64,000 nucleotides of DNA from Octopus vulgaris (lineage: Eukaryota), in the NCBI GenBank assembly GCA_951406725.2, contig OX597819.1, positions 108,872,001 to 108,936,000 of the forward strand, in the 5' to 3' direction. How positions within the stretch are numbered: position 1 is the first letter of the stretch; every line of letters starts with the position of its first letter. Shown here piece after piece: positions 54,793 through 64,000 of this stretch. The position numbers and the translations under genes were made by a program. The notes beneath the pieces were generated by a model. That model was given only the letters and a program-made list of their open reading frames with translations, was not told the DNA's origin and searched no databases.

Positions 54793-55579
54793 GTATATAT
54801 ACATGTGAATACATATATATTTATACATGTGTATATATACATGTGTAATGTATACACATGTATATTTCTAAGGTAGCCCACGAGCATCGTCACCTCATTT
54901 TACATGTCCCTGTAAATTTTAAAAATATAATATAGAAAATATATAAAATTGAAAAATTTAAATTATTTAAATTTAAAATAAAAATTATTAAATTGTATTT
55001 ATAATTTGTTTGAAAATATATATAACTATCAAAAAGTATTAAAAAGTTTAATATACATAAATACAGATATATACACTTTGTATATATACATTATATATAC
55101 ATATTTATATATCGAACACACACACATACATATATAAATGAACGCAATGAATATCTGATTCATAATATTTGTTCTCATGATTGTGTGTTGGTGGTGGCGT
55201 GTGGTGATGATAATTCTCCCTATGAATGCAGTCAGATACATCAAAGAACACCGTCTGACGAACTTTACATTAAATAACGGGAGTGGACTTCTCAAAGTTA
55301 TCATTGAAGGGGAGTGAGAGGGGGGAATGGAGGAAATAGCGTGAGTGAGGAAGATGGCCCCTAGCAACCACACCTTTTAAGATAGGGATTTCTAAGGTAG
55401 CCCACGGGCATCGTCACCTCATTCTACATGTCCCTGTAAATTTTGGAGCGAATCGGACGGGACGTAGAGGCATTGAAAGCGAGCTAAGCGGTAAAAACGC
55501 ATTTCAGTTTTATATATAGAAGATATATATATATATATATACTATATATATATATATAGAGATATATATATATATATAT

Positions 55580-55633
<54 letters not shown>

Positions 55634-55672
55634 CTACATACATGTACCTACACACACATTCACACACACATA

Positions 55673-55758
<86 letters not shown>

Positions 55759-55849
55759 TAATCAAAACATGAAAACACAAAGAGAAAACACAACAACGTG
55801 AGGACGTGGAACAAGTATAGTATTATTGGACGCTCAGGAAAGAAGGAGG

Positions 55850-55884
55850 GTGTAACGTTTCGAGCGGAGCTCTTCGTCAGAAAC
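55850..55884 (-). ncRNA. Minimal hammerhead ribozyme in a short pseudo-LTR-like unit (55757-55936)
   Basis: Minus: GTTT-CTGACGA-A-GAGC TCC GCTC-GAAAC-GTT-ACAC; loopless stem III, one stem I mismatch. Confidence 0.75.
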
Positions 55885-55938
55885 ATAGGAAAAGGAAAGA
55901 TCCAAAAAAGGGAAGACGGAGGAAAAAAAATCGCCACG

Positions 55939-56062
<124 letters not shown>

Positions 56063-57311
56063 TACACCCCACATATATACCTGGTTATATATTCGCACAC
56101 ACATTAGCGGTAAAATAATTAGAGATTGGACAGGGTACTTCCAAACTAAATACAATTATACAGGTACGGTTGAAATGAACGAAAAGCGAAAGTACGGGTG
56201 AAACACATCTCTCTATCCATACACACCAATACCTATACATACAAACTTACACATATATCCAAGTACATGCACGTATACAAATAAGCACTAGCACACGCAC
56301 ACACACATTTTATATATATGGACACACACACATACATACATACATACATACATACATACATACATACATACATACACAAACACACAGACCCATACACAAA
56401 TGTGGATTATTTAGTCTTCACCAAACCATATAACGGTATAATCGTCGTGAAACTTGGATTTTCTACACCAGAAGTATTCCAGCCTTGGCTTGGATCCTGA
56501 CAGTGCTTATAGCCCAGTATTTGGGTTGAGTGCTTCTCTGGAAGTACCCCAGCTTCATATACAACTGACTTTAGCCATTTGCTCTATACCAGAAATACAC
56601 TTCATATATTCAAACCTATCTGATTGAGCGCTGAAAGAGTCTTTCCAAAATGATGAAGAGTATTCTCATTGATGCGTCTCTGAAAAACATACCACTCCCT
56701 AGTAAAGCTGTATACACCAAACTCCTTATTCAGAAGAGCAATTCTGTTATCAGACGTATGAGATGGAAGACGTTCCACTTTGAACATCAAACAAACCGTG
56801 ATAGGAATAATAAAACGAACGAAACCGAACAGGGATTCAAATCCAGAAGGAACCCCTCACCCACCCCACAACACATCACTCGATGCTTTCGAAGATGATT
56901 TGATGGCTATGATACGCAGCTTGAAGTTTAAGAAAAACCCGCTACGCAAGAATAATCACCTTAGGAAACTTAGAGATCTCATCAAGGAGCTCAAGAAATG
57001 TGATGAAGGACTCGTGCAATCGGATAAGACCAGCACCTTATACAACTTTGATCATTACAGGGTTCTCATAACGAAGGAGCTATTCAAGGGATACAAATCC
57101 ACACATTCATCTACCTTGGATAACATCAACCAGGAAGGACGCAAAATAGTGGAGTACCTGAATATTCAAGACAGAACGGAGCCTTATGTATCCTAACAAT
57201 CTAGGATTACATTAGAAGACCACAAACCGGATTTTCTCGTCAACGTACCCACCAGCCTGGGTAGGGAATTTTGGGTGCTTGTGACTCGGCACAAGTCACC
57301 GATTTAGTTGG

Positions 57312-58757
57312 CTTAGTTAAGTTAAGTTAAGTTAAGTTAATTTTTTTGCTCAAAAAGCAAAAAGCAAGGCCATGTAGGGGGACATGGAGTTATGTACAGG
57401 GTGGTGTTCATGCAAAGAGTTCAGGCCATTTGTGGTCAAGGGAGACCTTGAACCGAGCGGTCGTCGGCATCTTCACTATCTCGTCCGGCGGTTTATTCCA
57501 CGGATCCGCAACCCGAACGGAGAAAGCCCTCTCCTTCGATTGAGATGAAATCGTCGCAGATAGAGCTTTTCGGAGTGACCCCGCAGCCGACGCTCTGGAG
57601 CAGGAGTGAAGAACAGCTCTTTCGAGAGGTTACACTTTCCGCTTATGATGTTGTGAGCAAGAATGAGATCACCACAGCGTCGTCATTTTTCTAGAGAATA
57701 AAGGTCGAGCATCTTCAGCCTTTCTTCATAAGACAAATGCTTGAGACCAAGAACCATGTGGGTAGCCAGCTTCTGGACTCTTTCGAGATGCTGTATGTCT
57801 TTGAGGAAATAAGAAGAAGAGGCTTGAATCCTGTACTCCAATATGGGTCTCACCGGCGTGACATAGAGCGTTAGGAATATGCCTGCTGTGAGCATTCCGA
57901 ATGACCGTCGAATCAGAAACAGAACTCCGCGTGCTTTGTTGGCAGCATGGAAGCACTGGGCCGAAGGCGAAAAGGAAGAATCCACCAAGATACCCAGGTC
58001 CTTTACCTGGTCGGTCCTCTCCAGCAGCAGACGACCCGGCTCGGAATCAAGTTAAGTTGCAGGAGAAGAGCCAACAGGCAGATGACAGCACTTTGACACG
58101 TTCAGACATAGGTCCCATTCGTTAGACCATCTCCAAATTTGGTGGAGGCATCGACGAAGATCCTCTATATCACCGCGAGGAGCGACCAGTTTGACATCAT
58201 CGGCAAATAGAAGGGTGTGTTGCGTGAGGTCGTCGGGCAAGTCATTTATGAAGACTAAGAACAATAAGGGCCCAAGCACTGAACCTTGAGGCATGCCACT
58301 GCTCGCACTGGAGACGTCGGACAGCGAACCATTAACTCGGACTTGGAAGGAGCGATCTGAGAGGAAGGCACCAACCCATCGTACAATATCCGGATGGAAA
58401 CTATATGCTTGAAGCTTGACAAGTAATAGGCGGTGGTTTACCGAGTCAAAAGCTTTGGCAAAGTCCAATAAAACGATGTCAACAGCATCACCATCATCGA
58501 GGATACGCGTCACCAATTCTTCAATTACCAGTAAGTTGGTCAAGCATGATCTCTTCGGCACGAAGCCGTGTTGGGAATCAGAGATAGAGGCTGTGTTTTG
58601 GAGGTGGAGCAACATACTTTTCTTAAGAATGGTTTTGAGCATCTTGCTGAATATTGAAGTAAGGGAAACCGGTCGGTAGTTAAGCGGGTCTTCGCGGCTC
58701 CCTTTCTTGAAAATTGGGCAGATTATCACTGTTCTCCAGTCCGCAGGTATAACACCC
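57312..58757 (-). mobile_element. 5'-truncated CR1-group LINE, lightly decayed
   Basis: PIFKKG..NYRPVSLTS, DFAKAFD, PQGSVLGP, FADD, KDLG, LERVQ; in-frame stops at 58052 and 57683; (CTTAA)n tail. Confidence 0.92.
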
Positions 58758-59227
58758 GGCTTGTTCCTATTGTACCAATTAAAGTCCGCCTTCCCGGATA
58801 TGGAAGGCAGTATTTATAGGGATGATGCTTTGTTCACATTCTTCAAATATAGTAAGGTAAAACTCGAGAATCAGCAAGAGGATTCGAAGCCTTTTCTGTA
58901 ACTTTGGGCTCTCAGTAACAATAGACTGTAACCATAGAATAGTTAACTTCCTAGATGTAACACTGAACTTCGAAACAGGTTTGTATAGCCCTTATCACAA
59001 ACCTAATGAAAACCTCCAGTATGTTAATAGATACTCTAACTACCCCAGGACGGTAGTAATATCAATCGTAAAAGTTGAATTCCCCCGCCACTACATAATT
59101 TTTTTTCCCACAGACCTATCCCGCACACTCACTTTTAATTCTCTTCCTTTTTATTTCTTCCCGATACGATCATAACAACAAGAGATACAAATCATTATAA
59201 TATAATATAATAGCATGTATTTGATAC

Positions 59228-59345
59228 AAGTCTGATGAAGTGTCTCTCCAAAGCCTAAAACCGCATATATTACATAACTTTTCTTTTAGAATTTTCGCAT
59301 AAACTGGCGTTGCTAATGGAGATGGGACCAAAACATGTGTAACTT
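59228..59345 (+). ncRNA. Penelope-associated hammerhead motif (GAAA>AAAA) with long stem II
   Basis: AAGT-CTGATGA-..TCTCCA...TGGAGA..-AAAA-CATGT-GTA-ACTT. Confidence 0.65.
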
Positions 59346-59495
59346 ATAGTTAAAGATGTGTTAAAAAATTGTCTTTGTCTTCTTCTTTTCATTGATATAT
59401 ATATATATATATATATATTTATACACCCAGCTACACACGTGCACACCACACACACACGCACGTACACGCACGCACACACACACACGCACGCACGC

Positions 59496-59553
<58 letters not shown>

Positions 59554-60410
59554 ATAACTGCACTGTTGACTCCTTCCGGAAAGCATGCGAATAGTTCAGT
59601 TTGCAAGTATACATAATAATACCTTGTCTCTATGGAATTTCATGGTAACAAATGTTTTTTGTACTTCGAAATGAGTTTGTATAAAATGAAGAATCATAAC
59701 ACGAGAAAATGGCTTTAAACTTACATATATGAATATATATAAAAATACTAGTATTACATTTCAGGAAAAAGTGATATGGCACAAAGTATATAATATATAA
59801 ATGTTAACGTAATTAACATAATGTAAATATATTTTAGCTATTTCTTTGTTACTGAAAATCAAATAGGACTCTTCGTAGCCTTTAACAACGACAATGGAGC
59901 AGCAACGTGAGTGACTGGTGGAACGTGACTATTACCGCCTTTACTAAATTAGAGAAACGGGAAGGTTTCATCATTGTAGACGCATTTTGTATCTTGGCCG
60001 CCAATGAAATTCTTTCCCACAAGAGTTCCGGACCCCAGTAATGAACTAATTTGCATACAACTTAGCAGAGCTCACCTTGACTGTGTCAAGTTAACAAACA
60101 TACTCTACCAAGTAAGCTCAAGACGAAGAACGGTGTTGTAAGTCGACCGATCACCAAGTTATGCCTGATTTCAGACGGAGACAAGTAATTATATAGATTT
60201 GCATCTATACTTATTATCGGATTTTGTTAGGACCCCATATGATAAAGATGTGGATGGGGGGGAAATGTGGGTAAAGGATGATGTGCTAGCAACCCTCCCC
60301 CCTTACTGTTTTTGAAAGTAAACAACAAGACAAATAACTACGCAGAGGTAGTCAAGTTTGAAACAAGAACAAGAATAGCAAGCATTATTAAAAGAGAAAA
60401 GAAGCATGGT

Positions 60411-60991
60411 TGTAGTGATCCTATATAACGGTGCGCGCTCGCGCACCGTCCATTTCTGTTTCGCGCGTGCGGGTTGATGCTTTCACCACCGGAAGAAGGA
60501 CCATTTGCCTACGTGGCAGTTTAGCCGCGAGGCAAGGGGAGCGTAGGACGTTGACCACCAGCGTCCAGTAGGCAGTGACTTGAGACACGGCGACCGAAGG
60601 CATCAGACGTGTAATATTCTCTCTCTGTCCGGATTTGATAGCAGCAGTCAGCCTTTCATAGAAGAAGACGCGTATTATCTTCGTTTCCCCCTGACATTTG
60701 TTGCCGACCACATCATCTTCTCCCTAATCGGACGCCATCTTGACCAGTGTCGTTTGCATTTGAACACTGTAAATTCTACAGCGATAAAGTTCAGCTCTGA
60801 CACATACATACCAAAGGGATACCAGATACACCACTTATTTGTTACTGTCATAAGAGAATAAAGTAGATATATATTTTTTACGTCTGCGTCTTGTTGTTTC
60901 TGACTGGTAGAATTTGGATAAGTAAAGCAACGGAAAGTGATTGCACCAACTGCACCCAAAAAGTGCAGAGAAGACGTTCACTGTCGTTACA
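60411..60991. mobile_element. Solo LTR
   Basis: TGTA...TACA termini, 4-bp TSD TGGT, CpG-rich, AATAAA at ~60858. Confidence 0.75.
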
Positions 60992-62513
60992 TGGTCATTC
61001 CTCACCCAAATGACCTTATCTTATCGCCTACCACTTGTTATGCGCTCATAAATTAGTTTGATTGTTGAGCTCTGATTGGCTGTATGCAAATGAGTTCATA
61101 ACTGGGGTCCGGAACTCTCGTGGGAAAAAATTTCGTTGACCGCCACAGAAACAACGATCATTGTCCATTATCCATTTGCAACTTCACGAAATTCTATAGT
61201 GAATCAAGAGTGAAAGGAATGCCTTCGCTTTTAAGATAGAACATCTTTCCTCCTGATTGACTGACATTCGTTGAGATGACCAGACTGAACGATCCCCCAG
61301 TCTTGCATCAGTGAATCTTTCTCTTTAGCAGATGCTCTCATAAGAACTTTAAAACTAGTTCTAGATACAGCGCGTTCGTTCACAACTTCGAGTAGTCCAT
61401 GTGCCCTGTGTCAATGATTCCAAGTTGGGTTCATCCGTTCCTCTTGACAGGTTTGCTTTTGTGCAACGGGATTTCTAGCAACCCTACTTATGAGGTTACT
61501 CTTCAGGAAGTATCGGCTTAGTCACTAGCAACCCGACCATGTAAAATGTGTTGGATTACATCATGCTATCAATGTCACTCATTAGTTGTCTGATGACACA
61601 TGTGCATATAGGTGCATGTATACCTTTATTACATAAATGTCAGTGTTTGTGTTTTTGTGTATGTATACGTTAGTTAACTATATCGTGTATACATTTTAAG
61701 TATAAAAGTGAAAGGAAGTGGTAGCTTCTAATGAAAATGAAATATTTTTCCATACGAAGAGACGACTTGCTTGGATTAGTGTCGAAATTCTTTTGATCAA
61801 CAAAAACAAAATAAGCGAAAAATAACTAGAATATCAAAAAATACCAAAAATAGTTTTAAAGTAGGGATTATATTTAGCGCAAATAATAATAAATGACATC
61901 ATTTTTATTTGGTTTTATGACATTTTATTTGTTTTTTTCTCTCAATCTGAATGAGTGTAGATGCTGTTATACATGTTTTTCGAAAGTATTTGCATTGAGT
62001 GACGTATAATTCTATTCAATACCTTCTGTGAGCGGTGTTATCAAAGCTATGTGTGTGCTTGTGCATGTGTGTGTGTGCGTGTGTGTGTATGTGTGTGCGC
62101 GTGTGTGTGCACGTATGTGTGTGGGTGTTCTTTTATTCTTTTACATGCATCAGTCATTTGACTGCGGCCATGCTGGACAGATCAGAGATTTCTCAAGTTA
62201 CACGCTGGCTGTTAGAGTGGGAATACCGTCCAGGTGTGTGTTTTTGGTTATTGTAATTTGAGAAACGCTGTTATCCAGAAAAAGAAACCTAATCTTAAGC
62301 ATTGAAAAGTTGATTGTGTCTGAGTGTCGAAGAAAGATATTGTTTTACTGGCGTGGTTGTGTTGTAAGAGGCTTGCTTCCCAACCACATTGTTTCGGGTT
62401 CAGCCTCACTGCGTGGCACCTTGGACAAGTGTCTTTTACAGTAGCTTCGGGTCGATCACTGTCTTGCGACTGGAATGGGTAAACCGAAACTGAAAGAAGC
62501 CCGTTATATGTAT

Positions 62514-62560
<47 letters not shown>

Positions 62561-62789
62561 ACACCACCACCACCACCACCACCACTTGACAACCGGTGTT
62601 GGTGTGTTTATGTCCATGCAACTTAACAGTTCAGCAAACTGTTCAGACCGACAGAATAAGAACCATCTTAAGAAACAAGCACTATGGTCGATTCGTTCGG
62701 CTAAAACTCTTCAATGTGGTGCCCCAGCATGACCACTGTCTGATGACTGAAACAAGTAAATGATAAAAGATAAAAGATGAAAGATAAAA

Positions 62790-64000
62790 GATGAAGAGCA
62801 TTCCTGGTTATAATAACTAACGCACTTAGGTTGCATGGTGGATTATACAAGGATGCCGTTCTCTTAGTTTTTCAACTGTATGTGAGGAGTGATAAGGTAC
62901 TCCTTGAATACTAGTTACTTTGTAAAACCACTTCTAGCTAGCTCATCGTTATGATAGAGAGAAAACTTGTTAAAGACATCTCTGTCGGAGGATAGATCAA
63001 ATACTCTTCTGCTTATTCAGCTACAAAATTTCTGATTATGGCAGAGATAGCAGGAGTTTGTGTGCGAGTTGATGATGTCTTCGTTTGACATTTTCTGGGA
63101 TTAACATTTACCTGTCTTCAAAATGTAGTATGATGTCTAAGAAGTTAAGCACCTTTAAGTTTGGTACTGATTATTATGTTTAAATCAAGCTCTGAATATT
63201 CTTATTCAGCCCTTTCTAAATCTACACAGAGCAGGTCTATCCATTGGTATATAAGATCGCTAAGTCATCATCTCGTATATTTCAGAATTATGTAGTGTCG
63301 TGCGCTTTCTAAGAGTGTTAAGAATGAATAATCCCCTGAGGTTTGGCTATCTGAGCTCTATCGAAACCCTTCATAAGTGGTCAAACAAAAGATTACTCTC
63401 TTTTTCAACCCAGTTGGAATCGTTTTGACATTATACAAACAGAGTATAGTATTCACTATTGTCCGGCTGTCTAGAACTTTAATTGTGGGAAACTGGATCT
63501 TCTCTCCTTGTAATTGCAAAAAATCTTCAACCACGCAACTAAGAGGATCTTATCTTTCTACAGCTGTAGTAAAATATAGAGCATCGATAACATCTACACT
63601 TGGTATAGGAAGGAATAATACGGGACTCCCTACAAACATATTAAAAAATTGTGTTACCCGCATCTACATGCATTCAGGTCAAGAAATAGTAAAACATTCG
63701 ACACTTTTGTATAATCCATCTGGAAACTCAAGCCATGGTTTAGAAAGTAGTCAAATAACATAGAGCATCGTCGACAAATTCATACAAGTTCTCCTGTGTT
63801 AAATCAGCTTGTGGCATTAGTTAACCAGATGCTCAAAATATTATCCAGTTGCCGTCATCCAGGAAGAAATTCATTTTCGCTAGCTTCCAAATTTATAAAG
63901 GTTCATACCCAATCAGTTCAAACTGATAACTCACTGATTCAAAAGCATTCCGGATTAGCTATCCTTTGTCAGTGGTCAGGACTGGATGTTTTCCCTTACA
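62790..64000 (-). mobile_element. Penelope-like (Naiad-type) RT remnant running off the window
   Basis: Minus: GFDRAQI (~63360), RDDDLA (~63270), KVLNFLDI (~63145), YNPPC (~62840). Confidence 0.65.

Larger units (their letters stand above)
56570..59350 (+). mobile_element. Penelope-like (Naiad-type) retroelement, decayed, interrupted by CR1
   Basis: SLKNIPLPS..RRMRWK, QSDKT, ITLEDHKPDF; after the insert GLFLL..IYRDDAL, VNFLDVTL, YSPYHKPN..SNYP; 3' HHR. Confidence 0.85.

Noticed and set aside
61250-61550. HDV-like ribozyme in an RTE 5'UTR-like segment
   Set aside because: Could not build the nested double pseudoknot by eye.

Overview
Eukaryotic, AT-rich, microsatellite-dense DNA almost entirely made of transposable elements; the SINE families and repeat content suggest a cephalopod (Octopus-like), which is an inference. 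No intact host gene is visible, and most ORFs in the track are artefacts of (CA)n/(TA)n/trinucleotide repeats. Recognisable elements: a long decayed Dong/R4 LINE, two mariner remnants, RTE and CR1 LINE fragments, a truncated Gypsy with one LTR, solo and paired LTRs, a Helitron Rep/helicase remnant, a non-autonomous Helitron, Tc1/mariner, hAT and Merlin-like MITEs, many tRNA-derived SINEs, and several Penelope-like (Naiad-type) fragments. The most interesting signal is non-coding: about ten hammerhead-ribozyme (HHR) motifs. Two are intact U3-A8 variants arranged head-to-head at the centre of a near-perfect ~376-bp palindrome (53875-54250) inside the non-autonomous Helitron. All calls are by eye and some boundaries are approximate.
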